Assembly: GCA_951406725.2 (NCBI GenBank)
Contig: OX597837.1
Coordinates: 21,576,001 to 21,640,000 of the forward strand
DNA from: Octopus vulgaris
Taxonomy: Eukaryota
Direction of reading: 5' to 3'
DNA length: 64,000 bases
Each line of letters begins with the position of its first letter. The stretch's first letter is position 1. Below the pieces are notes generated by a model. That model was given only the letters and a program-made list of their open reading frames with translations. It did not search any database and had not been told where the DNA came from. Position numbers and translations under genes: made by a program. Shown one piece after another: positions 12,867 through 26,045 of this stretch.

Positions 12867-14477
12867 GTAAGTCGCACGATTTAATTACCTGTCTCCTTTC
12901 TTTCTTGCCCTTTTTTTGTTTCTTTTACTTGTTTCAGTCCTTAGACTGTGGCCATGCTGGGGCACCCCCTTGAATTTCTAGTCGAATGTATCAACTCCAG
13001 TACTTATCTTTTTTTAAAGCCTTGTATTTATTCTATTGGTCTCTTTTGCCAAACCACTAAGTAATAGGGATGTAAACACACCAACACCAGTTGTCTGGTG
13101 GTAGTGGAGGGACAAATACAGACACACACACACACATATATCATAGGCTTCTTTCAGTTTCCATCTACAAAATCCACTCACAAGGCTTTGGTCAGCCCAA
13201 AGACACTTTCCCAAGGTGCCACACAGTGGGACTGGACCCTGAACCATGTTTTAGGGATGCAAGCTTCTTACCAGGGATTGAACCTTGAACCATGTGGTTA
13301 GAAAGCAAGTATCTTAACCATAAACCACACCTGTGTCTGCATAAAGATTTAAGCAAAATTTATTTAAGGGAGGTGTATTACAATAGGTTAGTCCTAAACT
13401 TTTCACTACCAAGCCACCCCTTATATTTAAATGAATAGTCCATCAGTTCAAAAGGTTGATTTATTAATTAACTCTATTGACTTGATTATATAATAGAATA
13501 TATTAAAACAAGGCAGTTATCATCATCACCATTTAATATCCACTCTCTAAGCTTGTGTAGATCAGGCAAAATTTCTATGGTTGGATGCCCTTCCTCTTAC
13601 CAACCTTCTCTTTGTTTCCCTTGCAAGATCATATTTCCCCCATGGGCAGACATGTTTTTCACAGAAGACTGAAAACAAGCAACCTTGCTTGTATGGTGAT
13701 GATGCTTACTTATAACTATTATGTGAGCCCTAGACAAAGGTACACACACACATACACAATGACTCCTTTCAGTTTCTGTCTACCAAATACACTCACCAGT
13801 GCTATGTAGTGGGACAGAACCCAAGACAACTTGTTTCCAAGCAAGATATTATTTCCCCCATGGCCAGACATGTTTTCACGGAAGATTGGAAATGAAGGAC
13901 GGTGACACTTGCTTACACCAGCCCATCATAGGATAATTCATTTTTGCCAGCTGAGTGAAGTGGAGCAATGTGAAATGAAGTGTCTTGCTCAAGAACACAA
14001 TGCATTGCCCAGCCCAGGAATCGAAACCACAATCTTACAATCATGAGCCCAACACCCTAACCACTAAGCTACACACCTCCACTATTACTATTATGGGGGA
14101 CATAAACAAACCAACATTGGTTGTCAAACATAAAGACACACACATATATATATATATGCATACACACACACACACATACAACAGGCTTCTTTTAGTTCCC
14201 ATCTACCAAATTACGTGATGTCAAGGATGCAATAACACACACACATACATGGGCTTCTTTTCAGTTTCCATGTACCAAATCTACTTACAAGGCTTTGAGT
14301 GAGCCCAAGGCTTATGGTAAGTCGAAAACACTTACCCAAAGTACCAAGCAGTGGGATTGAACCCTGAAACCACACAGCTACACTTGCACTGCTAACAATA
14401 TCATTTATTTATCTTTATCTGAGTACATGTATCTAAGAATACTAAAAGAGATTTTTTTTATTTTCTTTTATTTCCAG

Positions 14478-14618
14478 ATATGCCAGTCTTGTCAAGGACT
14501 CTCAGATTCTACATTTTCTTGCATCTCCCTCGATTGTCCCATCATGTATCGAGTCCACTCTGCCCAAAACAACCTCCACAAACTCGACAACATTCAAGAA
14601 ATATTGAACAACCTATAG
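14478..14618 (+). CDS. REV3L: REV3L terminal exon, CysB (Fe-S) motif and stop
   Basis: cag|ICQSCQGLSDSTFSCISLDCPIMYRVHSAQNNLHKLDNIQEILNNL*. Confidence 0.94.
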   Translation: MCQSCQGLSDSTFSCISLDCPIMYRVHSAQNNLHKLDNIQEILNNL

Positions 14619-14921
14619 CACATTCTATTTCACTGCTAGTTTTATTTTGCATTGCAATGTCCATCTAATAACCACATCAGATCCACAACAAACTGAACAA
14701 AACATTAACTCATTTCAGTGGAATTCTTGTTATTTAGCTTTTGCTTATTCCCTGTTCATAACTTTATTATAAACTACACCATTTATGTGTTTACAACATA
14801 TCTTTTTGTTTATCATCATCAGCCATTCGATATATATATATATATATATAAATATATATAATAGAATATTTTTAATATGTTTTCTATAGCTGTTGAAGCA
14901 ATTCGCAATCTTAAATCTTCC

Positions 14922-14927
14922 AATAAA
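14922..14927 (+). promoter_or_regulatory. Probable REV3L polyadenylation signal
   Basis: AATAAA about 300 nt after the stop, followed by T-rich sequence. Confidence 0.5.
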
Positions 14928-15048
14928 TGTTTATACACTTTTTAAAATTTACTTCAGTCAACAGTCTATATGTTCAAATATCTCTTTCAGATAGTATATA
15001 TCTATGTGTGTATATATATGTGTAGTATATATCTATGTGTGTATGTAA

Positions 15049-15275
15049 GGCGGCGAGCTGGCAGAAACGTTAGCATGCCGGGCGACCTGCGTAGCCGTAT
15101 TTCGTCTGTCGTTACGTTCCGAGTTCAAATTCCGCCGAGGTCGACTTTGCCTTTCATCCTTTCGGGGTCGATAAATTAAGTACCAGTTACGCACTGGGGT
15201 CAATGTAGTCGACTTAATCCCTTTGTCTGTCCTTGTTTGTCCCCTCTGTGTCTAGCCCCTTGTGGGTAGTAAAGA

Positions 15276-15277
<2 letters not shown>
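15049..15277 (+). mobile_element. SINE with Nin-like domain (copies at about 27659-27892, 35024-35237(-), 4905-5082(-), 41415-41600, 59040-59440)
   Basis: gagctggcagaa..gagttcaaattccgccgaggtcgactttgcctttcatcctttcggggtcgataaattaagtacc recurs. Confidence 0.75.
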
Positions 15278-15307
<30 letters not shown>

Positions 15308-15892
15308 TGACATATATTAAAACCCTTACAATGTTCATGTGCTTTCTGAAACTAATGTTAATGTATACATTTGTAATATATGTCATCAGACTTGCTTTAA
15401 ACATTTGCTTTGTTATTAATTAAATTTTGAATAAAATGGATTTGAATATAGAAGGAAAGTAAAAAAAAAAAAGCACAGCAAATTTTTTTCTTTTTTTTTT
15501 GGTAACTTTTACCTTAGGTGGCATTGTGATTGTTAATCAGGTAATTATTAAATGGTTTAGCAACAAATCAAGTCTTGCTTATTTTAATTACTTTTTACTT
15601 GTTTCAGTCATTACACTACAGCCATGCTGGGGCACCACCTTGAAGGGTTTACTCTTTTAGTTGTTTCAGTCGTTTGACTGCAGCCATGCTGGAGCACCGC
15701 CTTTATTCGAGAAAATCGACCCCAGGACTTATTCTTTGTAAGCCTATTACTAATTCTATCAGTCTCTTTTGCCAAACCGCTAAGTTACGGGGGACGTAAA
15801 CACACCAGCATCGGTTGTCAAGCAATGGTGGGAGGGAGACAAACACAGACACACAAACATATATATATATATATATATTATTTTATAGAAGG

Positions 15893-15943
15893 AGCTTCTA
15901 CAGGACTAGAACTGTTTCATTCAAAAGAAATCATCAGGAAGCT
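15893..15943 (-). ncRNA. Minimal type I hammerhead ribozyme (PLE family A, left arm)
   Basis: Sense strand: agcttc-CTGATGA-tttcttttgaat-GAAA-cagttctagtcct-GTA^gaagct. Confidence 0.85.
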
Positions 15944-16435
15944 AGGTGACAAGAATAGTTTTGGCATTTATACATTTAGGCAGGTTTAAAGGGGTGAAGG
16001 TGGGGGACTTTTTGGGGTAGGCATGGCGCAAACTATCATTCTTAGGGGAGTGGTCAAAGGAATCAGTGATAAAGTAGATAAAAGAATAAATAGAATAATA
16101 GAGTTTAGGTAAATAAGGAGACTCTCACTTATACATATATATATATACATACATATACATACAACACACAATATATATATACACATATATATATACAAGA
16201 CCCCAGTTGAACCGTCCAACCCATGCTAGCATGGAAAACGGACGCTAAATGATGATGATGATGATGATGATGATACATACACATACACACATACATCCAT
16301 ATGCACCCATTTACATACATCTACGTACACACCCATACTCATACATACACACATATATCTACACATATATATAAAAATAAATATAAAAACAAATATAAAA
16401 GGATATACACCCCCATACACACACGCTCATATATC

Positions 16436-16467
<32 letters not shown>

Positions 16468-17146
16468 TATATATATATACACACATATATATATATATAT
16501 ATATACATACATATATACATACACATACATATGCATATACATGCACACACATACACACACATTTCTTCCCTTATTTTAATTTTATTTTTATTTTGACCTC
16601 CACCAACCAGGCCGGCACTGAAGTAGGGTCCTCCCAAAGGATCTAGCCTAGCTGGCCTAAAGAAACCATTTATTGCCCCTCTCCCTTCCTTTCTATCTTT
16701 CTTCCCACTGATACGAACACAAACACTCACACTCATACACAGATGCACGTGTTATATTCATACATACATAAGTGTACCGACTTTCACATAAACGTACACA
16801 CAAAACCACATATATAAATGTACTTCAGTACACATAAACACACACGAACATCTGCCCGCATATATAGACGCATATGCCTATATACAGACATTTGTGCATA
16901 TAAACATACATACGCATCCATATGCCTTTAAGTACATATTAGCACACATGCACGCATACACGTGTACATAAAAGCATACCTACATATATCTACCTACACA
17001 CATACATATACATACATGCACGTATATACACATACGTACACGTACCTACAAATTCATATCTACACGCATACACATACATACATCTACACACACACAGAAG
17101 ACTAGTCCATATATATACACAAATATATATATATACACATATATAC

Positions 17147-17177
<31 letters not shown>

Positions 17178-17447
17178 CACGCACGCATATACCTACATAT
17201 ACATACACATATATACTTACACCAGTCATATACATACCTACATACACATACATCCATATATCTATACATATACATACACATGCACATACTAATACACATA
17301 CGCATATCTACGCACACACATCTATCTACATATATAAAAAAAGAAACCCAACAAGTCCATACATATACACATATATACCCATACATATATACATATATAT
17401 ACACATACACATATATACACACATGTATATATATATATATATATATA

Positions 17448-19233
17448 TGAAAAAACAAGTCAAAAATAGAAAATGCTAAGATAATTTTATAGTGAATCTT
17501 TCAGTACCGGTTTCGGTCATTTTGAGACCTTTTCAACTGTAACGATTAAATAATTAAATTTAGAAAAATTAGAAGAAAAGTTTTTTTAAAGGAATATTTC
17601 TATAGTAGTGTTCAGATATGAGTGGCATTCTGCCTTTCTCTGACTCCCTTGTTTGCACTTGTGTGTTCGGGGTCGTTGTGAGTTCTTGGTAGGGTAGGAG
17701 AAGAAGAAGGAGGCTGATGTGGAGAGGGGGTGGGAGTGGGAAAATCTGGGGGAGCCCTGTTGGTCGTATTTTGCATGGTATTTTGCATGTAGGTATTAGG
17801 GACTTTAATTATTTTGTCTGTAGCTATCTTGCATGCGTTGCTTATTTTTTCACTTTTGTGGATCTTATGTATACCGTAGAATTGGCTAGTTTTACTTGTG
17901 AAATTGGTCATATAATCATATTCTTTGTCAGTGAGCCCTGCTTTGTATGGGTTTAATATGGATTTTAGTTCCCTCATTATTTTTTGTTGACTGTAGTTTT
18001 GTGTCTTCCAGCATAGAAAGTACCAAAGTTATGTAAAATGTCGTATCCATTAAGACAACAGCACTCCCTTTATCGGCCTCTTTGATTGTTATTGTTTTAT
18101 CTTGTTTTAATTTGTTCAACTCAGCCCATTCTTTTTTGCTGAAGTTTGGTTTGTGTTTTTGTTTGTGCATATGTTGATATGGGTAATTAGATATGTGGTC
18201 ACAGAAATCATCAAGTGTTTTGTTCTTACCTTTCGAGGGGGTGTAGTTACTCCTATTTCTGGCTAACGATTCGTCCTCGTTGTATTTATCGTATAGCTCC
18301 TCAGTAAGTCTTAATTTTCTGCAGAATTCTGCGATGTCTTCTTTCATTTCGTTGTAGTTGAGGAGCTGTGGGGTGGGTGTAAACTTGAGTCCTTTGGAAA
18401 GTATGTTTATTTGGTTTGCTGTTAATTCCTTGTGAGTTAGATTGATAATTTTTATTACTTTTGGTTCCTCCTGCTTGTTTGGTGCTATCTTGTGTCTCTG
18501 TGTTTGCGTATTGGGTCTAAAAAATGAATGCGGTGGTTGGGACGGTAGCTATTATATAGTTGTTCTTTGTTGATGTGGGGTCTCCTGTTGTGATTTATGG
18601 TGTGTGTTCTTGGAACAGTATTGAGGAGAGCATCCCGATATCCCATATTCGGGTGTGGTGTTCTAGGAGGCCTTCGTTGGTAATCATTGTAAGTGGTGTG
18701 GGTTTGTTGTGCATGGTTGTTTAACCGGTTGATGGGACGGAGATTTCGTTGGTAACTCTTTTGGGTGGGGATAAGGTTGCAGTATCTATGCTGTGGGTGT
18801 TGATTTATCCTTTCTCTGCTTGAAGTGGGGGTATTCCTGATATTGTAACGCTGGCTGCTTACAGAGTTAGGGTTAGGTCCTGTATTCTTTTTTTGAAAGT
18901 AGTGAAGGTTCCGATTTTTAGACAGGTGTGTATCGGTGTTTGGGTGTTGTTTTGGTTTTCTTATTTTCTGGAAAGGGTTGTTGGAGGCGTGCTCTGTTTG
19001 AAAGACGGCTTCATAGTCTGAGAACCAAATGGCGCTTTTCTCCCAGCGTTGGAGAGATTTTAGTTCTTCTTTTTCACAGTCCTCTTTCCATAGTTTGGAG
19101 AACTTCTCTTGATCTGAGCCTTGAGTCATTTTGCGAATTTCTTCGTTGATATCTTCATCGGTGGATTTTATTTTGTCCTCATTCGTTTGGGCCCTCAATT
19201 TCAGAAGTTCTATTGGGCCCTCAATTTCAGAAG

Positions 19234-19238
<5 letters not shown>
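17448..19238 (-). mobile_element. Internally deleted PLE B (upstream ORF, RT N-terminus, 3' end with ribozyme) between (TA)n runs
   Basis: RT frame reads INLTHKEL..ILSKGLKFTPTP...NFSKKEWAELNKLKQDKTITIKEADKGSAVVLMD, then a frameshifted YGIHKIHKS; about 26-bp tandem duplication at the 5' junction (19186-19238). Confidence 0.85.
17502..17540 (-). ncRNA. Minimal hammerhead ribozyme with U3-A8 variant core (PLE B)
   Basis: Sense strand: acag-TTGAAAA-ggtc tcaaaat gacc-GAAA-ccg-GTA^ctg. Confidence 0.7.
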
Positions 19239-19270
<32 letters not shown>

Positions 19271-19497
19271 CATATACATACACATACATCCGTACGCACA
19301 CCCATATACATACATACATCCACACAGAGGTATACAGGCATATACACACATATATATATACACACAGATATATATATATAGTTGAGTACAGAAATTCGGG
19401 GTGAGTACTTGATAATTATAAGCACCTGTGTATACCGTTAGGTGGTGTAGGTGGTGGAGTAAATTGATCAAAATAAAAACATGATGCCAAGGATTCA

Positions 19498-19575
19498 GCG
19501 GTACATATGTTTCGGGCCTTTATTAGACAGATTTATAACAATGCATAATGTATGTCTGTGGCCTTCTTCAGCCGC
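19498..19575 (-). ncRNA. Type I hammerhead ribozyme with extended stem II (PLE C)
   Basis: Sense strand: gcgg-CTGAAGA-aggccacaga...tctgtctaataaaggccc-GAAA-catat-GTA^ccgc. Confidence 0.8.
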
Positions 19576-21271
19576 GCACAACAACTTCCACAAGGACATG
19601 TGTTACATCAAAAATTCTTGGTTGGGGATGCAAATCCTTTCATTCGCGTACGACATAATGCGGCAACAGCATAGAATTGAAGCGTCCATCTCTTTCTTCT
19701 CTCAATGTAGAATGAGGAAATTTGGATGTTGAAGTAATGTAAATAAATTAATAAATAAATACATATATAGACGTGAAGGGACCTGGTAATAAGAGTAAAT
19801 AGGGGTAAAGATGGAGGGGCGAGAATTCAGGATGAAGGATAAAAAATATATAAAAAGTGTAAGTATAGAAAAATATAAAAATGTAGAGTATAAAGATATA
19901 AAGAGATATAAAGGGGATATAAAGAATATAAAAAATATAAATGAATATAAAGTTATAAAGTAAAAATAGAAATAAAAGTAAAAATAGAAATAAAAATAAA
20001 AATAGGAATAAAAATGATAAAAAATGTAAAAAATATAAGGATAAGGGATGTATAGTGGTTACAGACCAAACATGGTGGTCAGGAAAATGACAAAATTTAG
20101 TTGTAGAAGTTTTGGGTGTCAATAAATCAACAGGGGCGTCTGGGGACCTAGTGTATTGTAAATCAGAGCTGTTGAGCAGCTAATCTAGTTCCTTGAATTA
20201 AGTGGTCATCTTGTACATACATACCAGCATGGATACATACACCCATATACACGCGCACATACACAGCTCCAAGCATATAAGCATACATACGTACTCACGT
20301 GTAAACATATACAGAAACACATATACACCCACACACATGTGCATATATACATACATACAACGGAATATGCGTATATATACACGGACATTATACATGTACA
20401 TATATATATATACATATATACACACACACACACATATACACATACACACATGCATACATATATGCACATGTATACCTATACATACATACGCATATACACA
20501 CACCCATATATACATACGTATGTCCATCCTTACATACACAGATGCCCACACATACAGGTTTAGATATAAGATATTAAAAGATGTATATAAGAACGCATGT
20601 AAAGAATCACGCACTCACGTCTACACGTACGCGCACACACGGCTGTGTGTCCATATGTGCGTGTACATATACACTTACATACACACACACAGAGACATAC
20701 GCGCGTATAGGTATAGCTATAAGATATTAAAAGATGTATACAAATATGTGTAAACATATGCATATAAGAAATCTGCGAAAACATGTAAGAAATTTTAAAA
20801 AAAGTTATTAAAGAAAATTATTAAGGAAGAGTAACGGGGTATGCACATCCAGACGTAGATGTTTACTCGTACATATGTACACATATGTATACGTATACAT
20901 ACGTACACGGACGCTCGTATAATCATAAAGCGGATCCATAGGTAAGTAAATAAGGGATAAGCAAAAAAAAATAGACATATATAGAGATATAAAGCGATAA
21001 GTTAGGGGTAAGAATGAGGGTAAGAATAAAAATTAGAAATAAAAGTAAGAAATGCAATATAAAATAAGAAATACAATATAAAAGTTAGAAATAAAATATA
21101 AAAATTATAAGAACTATAAGAATTAAAATAAGGAATGAAAATAAAAATAAGAATAAAGGTAAAGCGAAATAGAATAGGATAAAGTAAAATAAAAATATAA
21201 TCGGGTAAAGCTTAACATGAGACGAAGGAAAAAATAAAAGGTGGTTGAAAGTGTAAAGTTAAAGGTGTGTG

Positions 21272-24072
21272 CTAAAGGTGACCACGTAGGGGTGGGCGGG
21301 GGGAACTGAAAATTGGAAGGGTGGGAAGTGGAGTTTGGCGGTGTGCGCTCAACATCCGAGTTAGAAATGTGAAAAGGTATAGATATAGGGAAATAAAGAG
21401 TCTAGATAGGAAGAATGTAGGTGTAGGAGAAGAAATATATAGGGAAAAAAAACATATATGGGAGACAAAATGTGTATATATAGGAGGAAGATGCAGGAAA
21501 ATATATATGCACATACACACACACATATATATATATACACATATACATACACATATATGTATATACATATACACGCACATATAGGAAAGCGGGATGCGCT
21601 GGAGCCGACAGGTTGCACCGGGTGGGAGGAAATTGCCTAAGTATTTGAAAGTATTAATAAGTTTGTGTATACAGGATGGTTTGAACTCTGACCTTTTGTT
21701 AATAAGATTGTGTTTGTCTTTGAATTTCAAGATATTCAGGAGTTCTACACAACATAGTTGGCATCCTGCTCTATTATTTAAATAAGGTGCAGCTGATCCG
21801 ATGATGGACCACCTGAGTTTGAAACTTATGCATTTGTCTTTTAATTCCCAAATTTTTTTAGAAAGAGAGGTGCTGTTAGCTTTATGTCTGTGTTTCAGCA
21901 AGGACCGGTGGTTGTAGTATCTGGATTTCCAGGAGGTTGAGCAACCTATGTAGGTGAGTGTGTTAAACTGGGTACTCACCTCACATGAATATATTACGTT
22001 TTTCGCCCTACACTCGGATGCACATATGCAGTTGCAGTGCATTGTATTACTTGGTCGCGTGCTGTTAATCCCAGGCGGAGGTGTTGCATTACGTGTGGGG
22101 GCGTTGATATCCTCCTGGTTGTTGATGGGTGTGGTATTGCCTCTGTTGTGTTGGCGGGTGTTATTACTAACTGTTTGGGTAATATGGCTGCCAGTCTGAT
22201 TATATTGTCTACTATCTGGATGAGGGGGGTTCTGTTGGTCGCTATAGCTTGCTCTTGATCTAGCTGTTCTAATATTAATATAGTTATGTTTAGCTATGAG
22301 GCAGCTCATGTTGGGCAGGGTAGAGTAGGAAATCCTAATGGTTTTGTTGGAGAAGATACTTCTATACTTATGGGTGGGTGGGAAGTTGTTGGAAATGATA
22401 GAGAATATTCTCTTACATAATTTACCCCTAACTGCTAAGTTGTATGGTATGTTGAACCATATATATTTGCGTAATCTACTATTATCGCTTCTATTTCTCC
22501 TAATAGGATCTATATTGCTCTCGTCGGGAGGGTTACTATTGTTTGCTATTCTATTAGTTCGCCTATTTCCTATACGTTGTTTAGAATTTAAATTAGAATT
22601 ATTGTTAGCATGAGTTGAGTGCGGAGTTCGATTATAATTGGGAGTTTTACGGCCGACGGACGTTCCTGGGTGGTCTACATATGATATTCTCTGGTTATAC
22701 CCTGCACTATAGAGAGCCTGGTTGTAGTGTTGTGCGTGATTATTGAAAATTTCTCTGTTAGAGGATAGTTTTGTAAGTCTGTCTGAGATGGCTTGGACCG
22801 TGGTGCTAATTATACAGGGTGGATGGTTGGAAGAGGTGTGGATGTATTTGGTTGTTTCTTCGGGTTTCCTATACGGGTGGTGAAGGTGCTTATTCAAGTC
22901 TAACGTAACATCTAAGAAGTTTACTATTTTAGTATTGGTCATAAATTCTAGTTTAAGATTGAAGGATTTGAAAAAAAGCCTGATCTTTTTCCTAATTCTT
23001 TCTAGTTTACTCCTATTGTTGGTGGGGTATATGAAGAGAGCGTCATCCCTGTATAGACCCCCCTGAAGATCCAGTACCTCGGAGAAAAGCTTCTTGAGCA
23101 GGTAGGCCCTGACCAAGTCAGTCACCTGAGCTGAATCGCTCGAGCCCATAGCCACATCAAAATTTTCGGGGGTATCGGATCTGGTCCAAAGCCTACCGTC
23201 GAATTCTATTATGGTTTTTCTAGCTAATAGTATTATGTCAATTTTTTCTCTGTCTATGAGCGAAAGGCTGCGAGCATATATAAGGGATTTGTTAAGTAAG
23301 ATGGGGGATATACTGGCGTAGTAGTTAGCTATGTCGAACTGGATGAATGAGTAGTTGGGTCTGTTGGTGATTGTGTTAAACCATTCTAGCACATCGTCGG
23401 TGTCAATCCATAGTTGGAGTGGGATGTGGGGTTTGATGCGTGGGATCACCATGTCCAGGATAGTCTTACTAAGTCTGCCGATATCCGATTTAGTCGGACA
23501 GATTAATCGTACTCCTACATTATCCGGGAAGTCTTTCTTATGGTCCTTACTAGTAATTTTGGGTACCTGTGGTTTGATCGGTTCCGTTCTGTCCAGGAGG
23601 TCTAATTTGGTCATAACTTCCTTGATTTAGTAGTTAATTTCCTTAAGGTTATCCGTAGAAGTAGTTTTATATTTTTTGCTAAGTTCCCTCATGATGAGCG
23701 ATTTGTAGGTTTGGTAGTCCAACCTATACCAGTTCCCAGTCTTGTCGGCGGGTATGATAAGACTATCATCGTTCCTAAGTGAATGCAGGAAATCTTTAAG
23801 GCTCCTTAAGTGGGTGTTGGAAATGGTCTTATGCTTACTAATGTTGATGTTGGTAATGAGGTCGATTAAGGCTTTTTCAAAATTTTCCAGTGCGTAGTTA
23901 GAGGGTGGGTTTCTTCTGCTTTTAAATATTTTCCTGTGTGCTATTTCTTCTTGGTTAGAGTTGGGGTTGCTTTTCCCTGGGTTATCGAAATGGTAGGCTG
24001 CCCACCTAATTCTTCTAATAAAGTCTGTGGTCCGGTGGATGAGGGTCGTCGTGTAAGTTTTGTCGGAGTGGT
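21272..24072 (-). pseudogene. PLE C RT+GIY-YIG ORF, slightly 5'-truncated, one in-frame stop
   Basis: DFIRRIRW..IFKSRRNPP..PADKTGNWY upstream of a TAA at 23627-23629, in frame with FDIANYYASI, FDVAMGSSDSAQ, GLYRDD, NFLDVTL, CNC..C..VIY..YIG..CQLC..E..LINKRSE..CIH; the frame runs on into microsatellite. Confidence 0.9.
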
Positions 24073-24795
24073 GTGCGTGTATTTACATGCATGTATATAT
24101 ATGTATATATATGTGTATATATATGTATGTGGATATATATATATATATATACGCTTGTGTGTTTATGTATATGTAGGTATGTAGATGTATGTGTATGTAT
24201 GTAGGTATATATACATATGTGTAAATAGGTATACATGTATATGTTTATATGTATGTATCCGTCTGTATGATGGGTAATTGCACGTATATATATTTATTAT
24301 TTATTATTTGAGTATGCATGTATGTATATATGTATATGTTTGTATGCATGTATACATATGTATATGCATACACATACACATCTATATATACATACATGCA
24401 TACAAACATATACATATATACATACATGCATACTCAAATAATAAATAATAAATATATATACGTGCAATTACCCATCATACAGACGGATACATACATATAA
24501 ACATACACATGTATACCTATTTACACATATGTATATATACCTACATACATACACATACATACCTACATATACATAAACACACAAGCGTATATATATATAT
24601 ATATCCACATACATATATATACACATATATATACATATATATACACGCACACACATACATATGTATATTCATACCTACACCCATACATATCTATACATGT
24701 GTACATATACAATATGTGAATAGTCTTAGGAGAGAAGGTAATTGGGGGTGCTGAGGGAACGGTGGGGGTGGGGGGGTGTTGTGGATGGGGTGTCG

Positions 24796-25242
24796 TCAAT
24801 CGGGTTGCCGGGTGGGTCTGTAGTTTTTGTAGTTTGCATAAATTTTGTGCATACAATTTGGGGAGTGTTCCGAGATCTTGTTGAGGAGAGGGCTTTTGGC
24901 GAACAAGATCTCCAGGCTCTCAGAAATGCAAAGGTCACAGCAGGTATGGCCTCCTGTGTACGAACGCGCCCTCTGTAGTAGTCTCCACTTGAAGGGAATG
25001 GAGTTCCTTTTAAGGTACCAGATGTGGGCGGCGAGAGTAGTTTGGTTAGATTTGTCAGGTCGCCGGAACGAATGTGTGTGGGCGTACCAACGGGTCTTAA
25101 AGCTGTTTGACGTCATTCCGATGTACGATTTTCTTTTATCATCGGGGCCTGATCGTACCTCGCATGTGTAGACGAGGTCCTTCTGTAGGCAGTTGTTGTT
25201 GAGGGGGCAAGTGGTTTTATCAGGGCAGTTGCAATTGCTTTC
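24796..25242 (-). pseudogene. 5'-truncated PLE: Cys-rich linker plus GIY-YIG endonuclease only (probably family A)
   Basis: ESNCNCPDKTTCPLNNNCLQKDLVYTCEV...SYIGMTSNSFKTRWYAHTHSF...LAAHIWYLK...CDLCISE...LLNKISE..CMH. Confidence 0.88.
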
Positions 25243-25372
25243 GGCCAGCTAGGCTAGATCCCTTGGGAGGACCCTACTTCAGCGCCGGCCTGGTTGGTGG
25301 AGGTCAAAATAAAAATAAAAATAAATATAAAAATAAAATTAAAATAAGGGAAGAAATGTGTGTGTATGTATA

Positions 25373-25410
<38 letters not shown>

Positions 25411-25860
25411 TGTGTGCATGAATGTGTGTATATATATAGATATGTGAGCGTGTGTGTATGGGGGTGTGTATCCTCTTTTATATTTGTTTTTATATTTATT
25501 TATTTTTATGTGTGTAGATGTGTATGTATGGGTATGGGTGTGTACGTAGATGTATGTAAATGGGTGCATATGTACATGTGTATATGTATATATATATATA
25601 TGTATATATATATGTATGTATATATATATGTGTGTGTGTGTATATGTATATGTATGTATATATATATATGTATAAGTGAGAGTCTCCTTATTTACCTAAA
25701 CTCTATTATTCTATTTATTCTTTTATCTACTTTATCACTGATTCCTTTGACCACTCCCCTAAGAATGATAGTTTGCGCCATGCCTACCCCAAAAAGTCCC
25801 CCACCACCACCCCTTTAAACCTACCTAAATGTATAAATGCCAAAACTATTATTGTCACCT

Positions 25861-25911
25861 AGCTTCCTGATGATTTCTTTTGAATGAAACAGTTCTAGTC
25901 CTGTAGAAGCT
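25861..25911 (+). ncRNA. Minimal type I hammerhead ribozyme (PLE family A, right arm)
   Basis: agcttc CTGATGA tttcttttgaat GAAA cag ttctagtc ct GTA gaagct; perfect 6-bp stem I; AATAAA just downstream. Confidence 0.87.
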
Positions 25912-25990
25912 CCTTCTATAAAATAAATTAATTTACTCTATGTATTGAGTACCTTATTTACTGTGGTTAACCCCGACTCAACCCGGGACC

Positions 25991-26045
<55 letters not shown>

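Larger units (their letters stand above)
19381..24073 (-). mobile_element. Nearly full-length PLE C with long microsatellite/AT-rich 3' UTR
   Basis: RT+GIY-YIG frame about 21630-24072; 3' UTR with ribozyme near 19500; microsatellite on both sides. Confidence 0.88.
15879..25992. mobile_element. Composite nested PLE insertion (family A arms enclosing families B and C) that splits a SINE at its (TA)n
   Basis: About 15879-16657 is the reverse complement of about 25243-25925, apart from a small SINE insert. The SINE halves at 15650-15860 and 26044-26209 join across the block. Confidence 0.85.
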
